Below, one piece after another: positions 1-9,892 of a DNA stretch of 64,000 nt. The position numbers were made by a program, and so were the translations under genes. Source of the stretch: Pseudomonadota bacterium (GTDB lineage Bacteria; Pseudomonadota; Alphaproteobacteria; UBA11222); the NCBI GenBank assembly GCA_049325255.1, contig JBMOMW010000056.1:3137-67136 (forward strand). Reading direction: 5' to 3'. The first letter of the stretch is position 1, and each line of letters starts with the position of its first letter. The notes under the pieces are model-generated. The model was not told where the DNA came from. It worked only from the letters and a program-made list of their open reading frames with translations, and made no database searches.

Positions 1-405
1 GGATTGAAAATATTCCGTGTGCAAATTCTGTATCTGGCGATGGTCAGACAGACCAGACGGGTGCTCTACCCCGACGGCGTATTCACAGCGCATTATAATA
101 GCCGGTCGCTTCCTGACGCGACTATCAGCTCGGTGACCGGTTTTCTGTTTCTTTATCTGCTCACATTTGCCGGTTCCGGGTTAATTCTTGCTGTGCTAGG
201 CCTTGACATGACCACTGCATTTTCAGCCGCCGCCGCGACGCTGGGCAATTCTGGTCCGGGCATGGGTCCGATAGTCGGTCCGGCGGGAAATTTCTCTACC
301 CTAAGCCCGCCACAAATCTGGGTGCTGACCATTACCATGCTGCTGGGCCGGCTGGAACTGCTGACGGTCTATGTATTGTTCCTGCCCCGGTTCTGGCGGC
401 GGTAA
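1..405 (+). CDS. TrkH/KtrB-family potassium uptake protein, C-terminal fragment (5' end lies outside the window)
   Basis: The ORF runs open from the window edge. Its C-terminal sequence (GLDMTTAFSAAAATLGNSGPGMGP...LLGRLELLTVYVLF) matches my recollection of the conserved TrkH C-terminus. Confidence 0.6.
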   Translation, partial: GLKIFRVQILYLAMVRQTRRVLYPDGVFTAHYNSRSLPDATISSVTGFLFLYLLTFAGSGLILAVLGLDMTTAFSAAAATLGNSGPGMGPIVGPAGNFSTLSPPQIWVLTITMLLGRLELLTVYVLFLPRFWRR

Positions 406-483
406 TTTAATGGGCTTGCCAGCAGGCCGCTGTTTCGTATCTGATAGGCTGAAGAAATAAGCATAACGGGATGGGAGGCGCAG

Positions 484-1254
484 ATGCGGTTGGCGGACAA
501 GTCAGTATTGATCACCGGCGCGGCTTCCGGAATTGGCTGGGCCATGGCGCAGGCGATGGCCCGGGAAGGGGCGCATGTCGCCATTGCCGATATTGATCGC
601 GAAAAAGTCAAAGCGCGCGTTGCCGAACTGGGCGGCGCAGCGTTTGGCGTTACGGCGGATGTGGGCGATCTGGGCGAAATTGACCGCATGGTGTCAAGCG
701 TGGTTGCGCATTTCGGACAGCTTGACGTGATGGTCAATAATGCCGGCGTCACACGGCGCTGCGCCTTCATGGATATTGATGAGGCGTTGTGGGACCAGGT
801 GCACCGGGTCAACGCCAAGGGGGTGTTCTTCTGCCTGCAACGCGCGGCAAAGGAAATGATCCCCCGCCGGCAAGGGGTGATTATCAATACGGCCTCCATC
901 GCCGGGCGCGGCTATCCCGGCACGTCAAACGCCGCCTATGCGGCCAGCAAGGGCGCTGTCATCACCCTGACCATGCTGGCGGCGCGCGCCCTGGGCCGGT
1001 ATAATATTACCGTCAACTCGATCTGTCCCGGTGTGACCCGCACGGAACTGGCCCAGACGATTATGGAACTGCAATCGGAAAAGGAAGGCCGTTCACTTGC
1101 GGATATCGAAGCCCAGGCCGTCCAGGGCATTCCCATCGGGCGCATGAACGAGGCCTATGATATTGCCGAAATGGCGGTGTTTCTGGCATCGCCCGCAGCG
1201 CGCAACATTACCGGCCAGTCCATTAATGTGGATGGCGGTTTGATCATGATGTGA
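484..1254 (+). CDS. SDR family NAD(P)-dependent oxidoreductase
   Basis: N-terminal TGAASGIGWA Rossmann motif, NNAG motif and YAASK catalytic motif. Length 256 aa. A GGAGG-like sequence lies upstream of the ATG. Confidence 0.8.
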   Translation: MRLADKSVLITGAASGIGWAMAQAMAREGAHVAIADIDREKVKARVAELGGAAFGVTADVGDLGEIDRMVSSVVAHFGQLDVMVNNAGVTRRCAFMDIDEALWDQVHRVNAKGVFFCLQRAAKEMIPRRQGVIINTASIAGRGYPGTSNAAYAASKGAVITLTMLAARALGRYNITVNSICPGVTRTELAQTIMELQSEKEGRSLADIEAQAVQGIPIGRMNEAYDIAEMAVFLASPAARNITGQSINVDGGLIMM

Positions 1255-1297
1255 AGCGGCAAAATAGCCGTATTTTTCTAACAGGGAGGAAGCTCTG

Positions 1298-2515
1298 ATG
1301 GCGCCGAAACTTATGCTGGAGGGGATCAAGGTCCTGGATTTCACCCATGTGCTGGCGGGGCCGACCTGCACCAGGCTGATGGCGGAACTGGGGGCGGAGG
1401 TGATCAAGGTGGAATCGCTCGCCGGTGATATGGTGCGCACCATGCCCGCGCTAAAGGATGGCCGCAGCGGCTATTACATTCAGCAGAACCGGGGCAAGAA
1501 ATCGCTCTGCCTGGATTTGCGCAGCCCCAGGGCGCAGGACATTATCCATCGCCTTGTGCCGCAGATGGATGTGGTGGTGGAAAATTTCACCCCCGGCGTC
1601 ATGAAGCGCATGAACATTGACTGGCAGCGGCTGAGCAAACTCAATCCCAATCTGATCATGTGTTCAATTTCCGCCTTCGGACAAAGCGGGCCATTAAGCA
1701 GCCTGCCGGGGTTTGATTATATCGCCCAGGCCTATGCGGGCGTTATTGACATGATCGGCGAACCGGGCGGTTCGCCCTATTTCGCGGGGCTGGGGCTGGG
1801 CGACGTGTCCACCGGCGCACATGCGTTTGGCGCCGTCAGTGCGGCGCTATTTCACCGCGCGCGTGGCGGGCCGGGGCAATATCTGGATATTGCATTGCTG
1901 GACTGCCTGTTTCATTGCCATGAAATCAATGTGCAGGGCTATGATGGCAGCGGCGGCGCATTTGTGCCCAGCCGCACCGGCGCACATCACGGGGCGGTCG
2001 CCCCCATCGGCCTGTTCAAGGGAAAGGAACAATGGCTGGTGATCATCGCGCTGGGTCAGCAATGGATTAATCTTTGCCAGGTGATGGGCCGCGAAGACAT
2101 GCTGAGCGATCCGCGTTTTGCCGACAATGCGGTGCGTACCCAGAACCGTCAACTGATCGTCGACGCTATCGAAAACTGGCTGCGCAGCACCCCCAGTGAC
2201 GACGAAGCCGTGCGCATATTGCAGGAAAACCATGTGCCGGTGGCCCCGGTGTTAAGCGTGCCGCAGGCCATGGCGCATCCGCATCTGATCCAGCGTCAGA
2301 CCGTCCGCACCGTGACGGATCGCGCCTTCGGGCCGGTCAAGGTGCCGGGCATGCCGCTGAAATTTTCCGCCTTTCCCGAAACACTTGACCTGCAGGCCGA
2401 CTTTCTGGGCGAAAGCAACGCCCAGGTGCTGCGCGATTATCTCGGCATGACGGATGGCGATGTTGCCGCGCTGGTAAAGGAAGGCGTGCTGGGGTCCGAA
2501 CCGGTGCGGGGATAG
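1298..2515 (+). CDS. CaiB/BaiF family (class III) CoA-transferase
   Basis: The N-terminus (LEGIKVLDFTHVLAGPTCTRLMAELGAEVIKVE) is typical of family III CoA-transferases. About 400 aa. Likely co-transcribed with the upstream SDR gene. Confidence 0.8.
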   Translation: MAPKLMLEGIKVLDFTHVLAGPTCTRLMAELGAEVIKVESLAGDMVRTMPALKDGRSGYYIQQNRGKKSLCLDLRSPRAQDIIHRLVPQMDVVVENFTPGVMKRMNIDWQRLSKLNPNLIMCSISAFGQSGPLSSLPGFDYIAQAYAGVIDMIGEPGGSPYFAGLGLGDVSTGAHAFGAVSAALFHRARGGPGQYLDIALLDCLFHCHEINVQGYDGSGGAFVPSRTGAHHGAVAPIGLFKGKEQWLVIIALGQQWINLCQVMGREDMLSDPRFADNAVRTQNRQLIVDAIENWLRSTPSDDEAVRILQENHVPVAPVLSVPQAMAHPHLIQRQTVRTVTDRAFGPVKVPGMPLKFSAFPETLDLQADFLGESNAQVLRDYLGMTDGDVAALVKEGVLGSEPVRG

Positions 2516-2533
2516 ATCTGCGCAGCGCATGCT

Positions 2534-3811
2534 TCACTGCCGCAAGCGCCAGATCGCGGATGTGAAATAGGCCGTCATGATCACCAGCGCCAATCCGGTG
2601 GCGGGAACCAGCGGCGCCTTTACCACGCCCAGCCCGTCAATCAGCAGGCCCATGGCGAAACTGCCCAGCGGCGCGCCGCCCACATAGGCAAGCTGAAAAA
2701 TCGACAGGATGCGCCCCCGGCTTTCCGGCGGGGCCGCACCCTGCACCAGGGTGCGGCTCATAATCATGGTGACGCCCCCGGCGGCGCCCCAGATTACAGC
2801 CAGCACACACATAAAAAGCAATGACGGCGCCAGCGATATCAAACCAATCACACCGCAGCTTACGCAACTGGCCAGCAGCATCGTACGCCCCTGACGGCGC
2901 ACCGGATGCATGCGGCGCAGGACCAGCACCACCAGGGTTGTGCCAACCATAAAACTGATATTCAGCAGCGCCAGTTCCGCAGAACTGCCCCGATACACAT
3001 CGCGCACCATCAGCGGAATCTGCACCAGAAATACGCCCGTGAATAATGTCCCGATACAGAACATAAACAGCAGTATGGGCCGGATGGTTGCATTGCGCAT
3101 CGCTGCGCCAAAGCCTTCGGCAATATTGACCAGCGCCCCGCCCCCCGCTGGCAATTGTGGTTTGGCTACCGGTAATTTGCTGCTGAAAAATGCAGAGATA
3201 AATATTAGCGCGCCCTGCAACACCAGCAGTCCAAGCGCCCCGGCGGGATCGGAGGCGCCCGCACCCACCTGCCCCGCCAGCCAGCTTGCGCACCCGCCCA
3301 GCAGGAGACCGGCAATCTGACTGGCAAATTGCAGGCCCGTCATGGCGGTTATGGTATGCTGAATTTCCCCATCATCCACCAGGCTCAGCATTGCATCGCG
3401 CGCCGGCACGACAAACGCCCCGATAACGCCAATTGAAACGCTGATAAACACCAGTCCCCAATAGCTGAGATAGCCAAGCCCGATACCGCCCGCCAGTGAA
3501 AGCGGCAGTAACGCCATGACCACCTGCAAAATAATCAGATAGGTGCGCAGCTCGCGCCGGTCGGCGACGACGCCGCCCAATAAAATAATCGTCAGCATGG
3601 GCAGCATGGTCAGCATCTGCGAAAGCCCCACCAGCCACGGACTGGCGTGCAGCACCTGCGTCATCAGCCAAATGAACACCACATTCTGCACTCCGATGGC
3701 GCAGAAATACGGGCACATGCCCGCCAGATACCAGAACCGCGCAGAAACGGGGGGCTTCAGGGAAGGCGTACCGGCGGGGTTTTGTGGGGCAGTTGTGCTA
3801 TCTGGCCGCAT
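2534..3811 (-). CDS. MFS transporter
   Basis: 425-aa highly hydrophobic protein with about 12 predicted membrane spans and MFS-like loops. Confidence 0.7.
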   Translation of the reverse strand: MRPDSTTAPQNPAGTPSLKPPVSARFWYLAGMCPYFCAIGVQNVVFIWLMTQVLHASPWLVGLSQMLTMLPMLTIILLGGVVADRRELRTYLIILQVVMALLPLSLAGGIGLGYLSYWGLVFISVSIGVIGAFVVPARDAMLSLVDDGEIQHTITAMTGLQFASQIAGLLLGGCASWLAGQVGAGASDPAGALGLLVLQGALIFISAFFSSKLPVAKPQLPAGGGALVNIAEGFGAAMRNATIRPILLFMFCIGTLFTGVFLVQIPLMVRDVYRGSSAELALLNISFMVGTTLVVLVLRRMHPVRRQGRTMLLASCVSCGVIGLISLAPSLLFMCVLAVIWGAAGGVTMIMSRTLVQGAAPPESRGRILSIFQLAYVGGAPLGSFAMGLLIDGLGVVKAPLVPATGLALVIMTAYFTSAIWRLRQ

Positions 3812-3917
3812 GGCTGTGATTGGGTCACTTTATTATTGTGGAATTTGCCTCAGTTTCGCCCCATATGCAGGTTGGAATGTGCAGGCCCTACTCATAAAAA
3901 CGCAAAGGACGATATCC

Positions 3918-4337
3918 ATGAAGCTCCGGCAATTGACTATAGCGGCAGGGCTTGCTTTCGTCATGCTGCTTGGCCCGTCCCTGGCATATGCCGAAACCGC
4001 CGCAAGTGTCAAAGACATACCCCTTGATGATGCCGGTTTGCGGTCATTGGACCAGAAACATTTGCGTCTGGCGCGCAAGGCCGGGACGGTGTGTGTGCAT
4101 CTGTCGCCCGGCGGCGTGGTGCGCAATGGTTCCGCACCCATAGCCCTGGATGGCTGTAATATCAGCCAGCTTGATCATCTGGTCGCAGAACAAAAAGATC
4201 CTGCATTATCGGCCTATCACCTGGCAATCCGGCCGGGCGAACGTTATGACCAGAACCGTTCGGCGCTGTATTGGCGCACGGTCCGCACCCAGTTGCTGGC
4301 AGACCATCCGGAATTAACCATGCCAGCCAATAAATAG
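3918..4337 (+). CDS. hypothetical secreted protein (signal peptide)
   Basis: An internal ATG at 3918 is preceded by AAGGA at -9. The N-terminus (MKLRQLTIAAGLAFVMLLGPSLAYA) looks like a Sec signal peptide. The 5' part of the tracked ORF (3543..) overlaps the MFS gene and is rejected. Confidence 0.5.
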   Translation: MKLRQLTIAAGLAFVMLLGPSLAYAETAASVKDIPLDDAGLRSLDQKHLRLARKAGTVCVHLSPGGVVRNGSAPIALDGCNISQLDHLVAEQKDPALSAYHLAIRPGERYDQNRSALYWRTVRTQLLADHPELTMPANK

Positions 4338-4569
4338 ACTGGACGTTAGGGGAAATGGGTATTATACGCCGGACTCTGTAACTGATGGTGCTGTGGTGAA
4401 TATGATTTTTCTGTCCTCACGACGAAGAACGCTCATCGCGCTCGAAACCCGGGCGCGACGTTAGGCGCGCGCCACACCCTCCCCCGTCCATCTGCCAATG
4501 GACATTCAAAGCGGAAGGCGCGGTAGCGCGCTGAAGTGTTTTCATACACCTTCGCCGGGGAGTTTTATC

Positions 4570-5118
4570 ATGATCGATTATTGCTGCGAGCGGCCCGTGG
4601 ATGCGGGCCAGATTGAACATTTGCTGGACAGGGCCTTTGGGCCCGGGCGCTTTGCCAAGACCGCGTACCGGCTGCGTGAAGGGACGGATTTCATTCCCGA
4701 ACTGTCGCTGGTGGCCTGGGAAGATGGCGTCATGCGCGGCGCGCTGCGCTACTGGCCGGTCGAAATTGGTAATTTGCGCACGCCTGCCCTGTTGCTGGGC
4801 CCGCTTGCCGTGGACCCCGATCAGCGGGGCCGGGGCATTGCCCTGCGCCTGATGGAACTGTCGCTGGCGAAAGCAGCCGGGATAGGCCACAGGATTGTCG
4901 TTCTGGTGGGCGATGAACCCTATTACGCGCGCGTTGGATTTTCTGCGGCAGCCACGCGCGGCTTGCGCATGCCAGGCCCTGTTGACCCCGCCCGGCTGCT
5001 TGCCTTTGAGCTGGTTCCTGGCGCACTGGACGGCGTATCCGGCTTGATCCATAAGGCCAGTGTAGCGGGTGCAGGCGCGCAGTCCGCCCAGATGGCAAGG
5101 CTTGCCGCAGGAAGTTGA
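4570..5118 (+). CDS. GNAT family N-acetyltransferase
   Basis: Acetyl-CoA binding-like segment (LGPLAVDPDQRGRGIALRLM). About 180 aa from the MIDYC start. Confidence 0.6.
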   Translation: MIDYCCERPVDAGQIEHLLDRAFGPGRFAKTAYRLREGTDFIPELSLVAWEDGVMRGALRYWPVEIGNLRTPALLLGPLAVDPDQRGRGIALRLMELSLAKAAGIGHRIVVLVGDEPYYARVGFSAAATRGLRMPGPVDPARLLAFELVPGALDGVSGLIHKASVAGAGAQSAQMARLAAGS

Positions 5119-5145
5119 GGGCAGGCGTTGCGGCTGAACCGCGGC

Positions 5146-5901
5146 TTATATTCCGTGTCCGGAGCGTTTATCCAGTTTCGCATGCAAAATCTGATGCGTC
5201 GTGCATTCTTCCGATATCGAGCATTCACCACAGGCGAAATGCTTGGCCTTGCGCACATTGGTGAACGAAACATGGGCGCCCGTGACAATAACGCCCTGAT
5301 CTTTTATTTTTTGCAATGTGCGCGAGAAAGTTTCCAGCTCCATGCGCAACCGCGACGCGATAAGCGTCTTGGTGTAGGGCAGTTCGAACCCATGCGGATC
5401 AAAATTATACAGTACACATATCTTTTGCAGATAACAGGCCACGATCTGCGCCGCAGACATGGTGGTCAGGTGCTCTGCCTCCATTTCGGCGCCGCGCAGC
5501 CGGTCCGACAGGTCCATCATCAGATGCGCGGCTAAATTGCCAAGATCCTTCAGATGTTCGCGCAGCCATGTGATGGGGATTTCCAGCATGGACACGTCGT
5601 CCACGGCGCGCGCATTTGAGAGATGAATATTCTGACCCGAGACAATTTCGTCTGCGTTGACGCCATCCCCGGCAATCAGAATATTGCTCGTCACCTCATG
5701 TCCGTCCGGCGTTTCGCGGAAGATCTGCACACTGCCCCGGCAGATCACGTAAAAATGCGTGATGGCGTCGCCATGCATGAAAAGAAATCTGCCGCGCCTG
5801 CATTGGCCGATCCGGCTGTTGCGAATCAGGAGCGCGCCTTCTTCCTTGCTCAGATTTGAAAAAAGCGGAAGCGCCTTGAGCGTTTCGACAGCGACGGTCA
5901 T
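5146..5901 (-). CDS. Crp/Fnr family transcriptional regulator with a C-terminal Cys-containing extension
   Basis: N-terminal cNMP-binding domain and C-terminal HTH (YTKTLIASRLRMELETFSRTLQ). ATG at 5901 is preceded by GAGG. An extra C-terminal tail of about 40 aa contains CGECSISEEC. Confidence 0.75.
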   Translation of the reverse strand: MTVAVETLKALPLFSNLSKEEGALLIRNSRIGQCRRGRFLFMHGDAITHFYVICRGSVQIFRETPDGHEVTSNILIAGDGVNADEIVSGQNIHLSNARAVDDVSMLEIPITWLREHLKDLGNLAAHLMMDLSDRLRGAEMEAEHLTTMSAAQIVACYLQKICVLYNFDPHGFELPYTKTLIASRLRMELETFSRTLQKIKDQGVIVTGAHVSFTNVRKAKHFACGECSISEECTTHQILHAKLDKRSGHGI

Positions 5902-6127
5902 GTGCAACCTCAATAAAGGCGCGTCTATTAAATAAAAAGCCTGTTGATTCTAGGTGTTATTAATAAAACGGTCAATGTGCAAATATATTGCACAGGCCCG
6001 TGCACCTGTATCATTTTATGCAGGCGTTGCGGGAAAAACGGCGCCGGGATTGGTTAATTCACAGCACAACCCCCGGCCTGCCCGATCCCGAAGATCAAAC
6101 AGACCGGAATGTGCGGGAAAGCTTGTG

Positions 6128-7756
6128 TTAATTCAGCACAAAGCCTTCATAATTATGGGCCGCGACTTCGTCGCATTTGGCCTTATAGGCCGGGGCGCCA
6201 CCCGCATAGAGCAGGAAGGTGCGCTTCTTCTCCGGCATATTGATGTTGACACCCATGAACCAGCTATCGGTCTTGGTGAAAAGCGAATTCTGCGCGGACT
6301 CGGCCACATGCTCCGTCCATTCATTTTCGGCTTTTACTGTTGGCTCGATGCGCGTCAGTTTTTTGTCGCGCATATATTTCATCAGGTCTGACACCCATTC
6401 CACATTCTGTTCGATGCAGCGCGGGATATTGCAGAAAGTCGCGCCATTATGCGGGCCGACCAGGGTCAGGAAGTTGGGGAAATCATGACCGCCAATCCCC
6501 AGATAGGTGACCGGGCCATCTGCCCATTTGTCCTTGAGCTTCTTGCCGCCCACACCCGTGATATCAATCCGGGTAAATGAGCCGGTGACGGCGTCAAAGC
6601 CGGTGGCGTAAATCAGAATATCCAGCTCATGCTCCTTGTCGCTGGTCTTGACGCCTTTTTCGGTGATGGTCTCGATTGGCGTTTCGCGCAGATCAACCAG
6701 CGTCACATTGTCCTGATTGTAAACCTCGTAATAATTGGTATCCATGGGAACGCGGCGCATGCCAAAGCCATGATTTTTCGGAATCAGCTTTTCGGCAAGC
6801 ACGGGATCCTTGACCCGGCCGCGAATTTTCTTCGCCATGAATTCGGTAAGCAGCGCATTGGCCCTGGGGTCGATCATGGTGTCAACATAATTACCCAGCC
6901 ATTTTTCAAATCCGGGCCTGTTGTACAGATATTCGAAAAACGCCTCGCGTTCCTCGTCGGACACTTCAAAAACCGACTTCATGACGAAATTATGCATGAA
7001 GCCTGCGGTGGATTCCCTGCATTTTTTGAATATTTCCGGATAGTTCTCCTTGATATGGGCCATCTCATCATCCGTGATCGGAGCATTGCGCAACGGCGCG
7101 CAAAATTCCGGCGCAAGCTGGAACACGGTAAGATGCCCGGCAACCTTGGCGGCTTCCTGAATCAGCTGCACGCCGGTCGCGCCCGTGCCGATAACGCCGA
7201 CACGCTTGCCTTTCATGCCGATATCCTTGCCGCCAAAGCCTTTTTCATCTTTTGGCCAGCGCGAGGTGTGGAACGAAACGCCCTTGAATTTATCAACACC
7301 CGGAATTCTCGGCATCTGGGTTGCCGACAGCACGCCAACGGCGGTGATCAGGAACCGGGCGCGGGCGCGTTCGCCTTTTTCGGTTTCAATCTCCCATTCG
7401 TTGGCCTTCTCGTCATAGGTCGCCTTGCTGACGCGCGCGTTGAAGGTGATGTCCTTGCGCAGATCAAATTTCCTCGCGACAAGGTCCAGATATTCCATCG
7501 TGTCCGGCTGCGCCGAGAAATGCTCCTTCCAGTTCCATTCCTGCAACAGTTCCTTCGACCAGGAATAGCCATAGGTATAGCTTTCGGAATCGAAGCGGCA
7601 TCCCGGATAACGGTTCCAGTACCAGGTGCCGCCGACATCGCTGCCGTGCTCGAACACCCGCACATTCATTCCCAGTTCCCGCAGGCGGTAAAGCTGATAC
7701 ATGCCGGCAATGCCGGCCCCGATGATAATAGCGTCATATTGTGGTGTTGTGGACAT
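6128..7756 (-). CDS. Baeyer-Villiger type flavin-containing monooxygenase (cyclohexanone monooxygenase-like)
   Basis: N-terminal FAD motif GAGIAG, a WYWNRYPGCRFD BVMO-like signature and a second dinucleotide motif GTGATG. 542 aa. Confidence 0.8.
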   Translation of the reverse strand: MSTTPQYDAIIIGAGIAGMYQLYRLRELGMNVRVFEHGSDVGGTWYWNRYPGCRFDSESYTYGYSWSKELLQEWNWKEHFSAQPDTMEYLDLVARKFDLRKDITFNARVSKATYDEKANEWEIETEKGERARARFLITAVGVLSATQMPRIPGVDKFKGVSFHTSRWPKDEKGFGGKDIGMKGKRVGVIGTGATGVQLIQEAAKVAGHLTVFQLAPEFCAPLRNAPITDDEMAHIKENYPEIFKKCRESTAGFMHNFVMKSVFEVSDEEREAFFEYLYNRPGFEKWLGNYVDTMIDPRANALLTEFMAKKIRGRVKDPVLAEKLIPKNHGFGMRRVPMDTNYYEVYNQDNVTLVDLRETPIETITEKGVKTSDKEHELDILIYATGFDAVTGSFTRIDITGVGGKKLKDKWADGPVTYLGIGGHDFPNFLTLVGPHNGATFCNIPRCIEQNVEWVSDLMKYMRDKKLTRIEPTVKAENEWTEHVAESAQNSLFTKTDSWFMGVNINMPEKKRTFLLYAGGAPAYKAKCDEVAAHNYEGFVLN

Positions 7757-8099
7757 GGTCTTCCCTCATCTTCCCTGGCTAATTTTATGATTAGATCAGT
7801 ATCTATCAGGATTGCAGCGCCCTTTTCAACTGCGATAGATTAATCCAGCCTTTTCAATCAGATAAAACAAGCTTGCCCCATATGGTTTGATCTGGATCAA
7901 GCTGGATGTGACAAAATCAGCCTGCTCCGGTCATATTAACCGGCGAATCTTCTGCGCTGTAGTGTTTATGCATGGATGGTGTATTAATCAGGGCGTTTTC
8001 CGTCAAGAGCGAGTCGCTGACTTCTGCTGCGTCATTGCCACACAGCGCACGCGCCTCGCAATGACAATGGAGGGGACGTGCGAATGCAGGTTGAACAGA

Positions 8100-8912
8100 A
8101 TGTCGAATATCAAAATTGTCGTGGTGGGCGCAGCGGGCCGCATGGGGCGCACGCTGATATGTCAGGTGTCGCAAACCCCGGGCTGTGAAATTTCCGGGGC
8201 GACTGAGCCAGCGGGATCGCAATTTCTGGGCCGCGATGCGGGCGCGCTTGCGGGCATTGATCCGCTGGGTGTCGCGATTACCGATGATCCGCTGGAGCTG
8301 ATCGCCAAAGCCAATGCGGTGCTGGATTTTACATCACCCGCCGCCGCCGTTGAACATGCCGCGCTGTGCGCGCAGGCCCGCATCGTGCATGTGATCGGCA
8401 CGACCGGATTTGAGGCGGAACACGAAGCCGCCATTGCCGCCGCCGCACGCCACGCCACCATCATCAAGGCGGGCAATATGTCGCTCGGCGTCAATCTGCT
8501 GGCGCAACTGACCAAGCAGGTGGCGAAACTGCTGGATACGGCCTTCGATATTGAAATTCTGGAAATGCACCATCGCCACAAGGTGGATGCGCCATCGGGC
8601 ACCGCATTGCTGCTGGGCGCGGCGGCAGCCGAGGGACGCGGCGTAAAACTGTCCGATGTCGCCGCGCGCGGGCGCGACGGCATAACCGGCGCGCGCAAGA
8701 CAGGCGATATCGGTTTTGCGGTATTGCGCGGCGGCGGCGTGGTTGGCGAACATAGCGTACTGTTCGCCGCAGATGATGAAATCATCGAACTGCGGCACCA
8801 CGCATCGGACCGTTCGATCTTTGCGCGCGGCGCGGTTGCCGCCGCAAAATGGGGCCAGGGCAAGCGGCCCGGACTTTATTCCATGGCCGATGTGCTGGGT
8901 TTTGCCGGATAA
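8100..8912 (+). CDS. dapB: 4-hydroxy-tetrahydrodipicolinate reductase
   Basis: N-terminal [17 protein letters not shown](P)-binding motif and [18 protein letters not shown] catalytic motif. Start chosen at MSNIKIV. Confidence 0.9.
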   Translation: MSNIKIVVVGAAGRMGRTLICQVSQTPGCEISGATEPAGSQFLGRDAGALAGIDPLGVAITDDPLELIAKANAVLDFTSPAAAVEHAALCAQARIVHVIGTTGFEAEHEAAIAAAARHATIIKAGNMSLGVNLLAQLTKQVAKLLDTAFDIEILEMHHRHKVDAPSGTALLLGAAAAEGRGVKLSDVAARGRDGITGARKTGDIGFAVLRGGGVVGEHSVLFAADDEIIELRHHASDRSIFARGAVAAAKWGQGKRPGLYSMADVLGFAG

Positions 8913-9550
8913 ATCGCAAGGTGCGGCGCGCCCGCTGCGGCGCATTTCGCCACAGATTTCATGACATTGTCTGCGGTAATGCCGACGCCAACCGGGCAGC
9001 CTGCAAGCCGCAACGCGCGCGCGGTCCAGACATTGCAGGTTCTGAATAGATGGAAGTTTTCGCTGCCCGCAAAAAACCGGCTGTCGCCATACAGGCCCTG
9101 CCCCATGCGTTTGACGTTGCCATCTGCATCGCGTTCATAGGCGTCTGAAATATATCGCATGATCTGCGCCATGGCGGGTGCATCCAGCCGTAAGCCGATC
9201 ACCTCGCTATTGGGAAATTTCGCCGTGACCTGCCCGTTAAAGCCCACAAGATGCAGCACACTGGAACCAGGCCAGAGCGCCGCGCCCAGGGCCTGCAATA
9301 GGCTTGGGTCACGGGTCTGGTAAAATTCCCGCTGGCCCCAGCCAACTTCCAGATATTCCCCCGGTGGCGCCTGGCGGTGTTCGGGCCATAGCCCATCTGG
9401 AATATCACCGCGCCGGATTACAAGACCCGTATGCCAGCCATGATGAACCACATAAAGCGTGGCGGCATGCAGGGGCGCTGTCATGAGAATCTGGGGCAGC
9501 AAGAGTGTGATCGCAAAAAAGCGCAGGAAAAGGGGAGATGTTTTTGTCAT
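8876..9550 (-). CDS. DUF2459/TIGR02117-like conserved hypothetical protein with signal peptide
   Basis: N-terminal signal peptide ([29 protein letters not shown]). About 225 aa. Family assignment is from memory of an alphaproteobacterial conserved hypothetical family. Alternative start at 9568. Confidence 0.5.
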   Translation of the reverse strand: MTKTSPLFLRFFAITLLLPQILMTAPLHAATLYVVHHGWHTGLVIRRGDIPDGLWPEHRQAPPGEYLEVGWGQREFYQTRDPSLLQALGAALWPGSSVLHLVGFNGQVTAKFPNSEVIGLRLDAPAMAQIMRYISDAYERDADGNVKRMGQGLYGDSRFFAGSENFHLFRTCNVWTARALRLAGCPVGVGITADNVMKSVAKCAAAGAPHLAIYPAKPSTSAME

Positions 9551-9557
9551 GCCCTTG

Positions 9558-9755
9558 CTTTGCCACACCCATCTAGCTTTGCCACACCCATATTGTCATT
9601 GCCCGGCTTGTCCGGGTAATCGTCCTCGGGCCGGTCAGGGCCGGTTCCGGGGGCCACGCACGAATGCCTCCCACGAATGCCTCCATTGTATCTGGATTGT
9701 CCGAATAAATCGGGCAATGACAATGTGGGGGTGGACAATGACAATGTGGGGGTGG
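9558..9755. repeat. large imperfect palindrome with internal tandem duplications in a divergent promoter region
   Basis: Left arm: CTTTGCCACACCCAT twice (9558-9592) then ATTGTCATTGCCCG. Right arm: CGGGCAATGACAATGTGGGGGTGG then ACAATGACAATGTGGGGGTGG. The arms are reverse complements of each other. The centre carries CACGAATGCCTCC twice. Confidence 0.6.
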
Positions 9756-9892
9756 ATAGGTATCAAACTGATCCCAAAACGCCCAACAGATAACACCAAA
9801 TCCGACCGTAATGACGCAAGTCGATTTATGTTGAACTTATTGCTGAGTGGTGGCTCAATAAGGCAAAGAAATTAACAGGGGAGAGACAGGGC

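Noticed and set aside
3543-3917. 5' extension of the 3543..4337 ORF
   Set aside because: Overlaps the MFS transporter gene on the other strand. An internal ATG at 3918 with a good RBS and a signal peptide defines the real gene.
6629-7843. 404-aa ORF on the + strand
   Set aside because: Entirely antisense to the well-supported BVMO gene. No recognisable domains. Typical long spurious frame in high-GC DNA.
9558-9755. Possible CRISPR array
   Set aside because: Only two copies of each short repeat, arranged as an inverted palindrome rather than regularly spaced direct repeats. No cas genes nearby.
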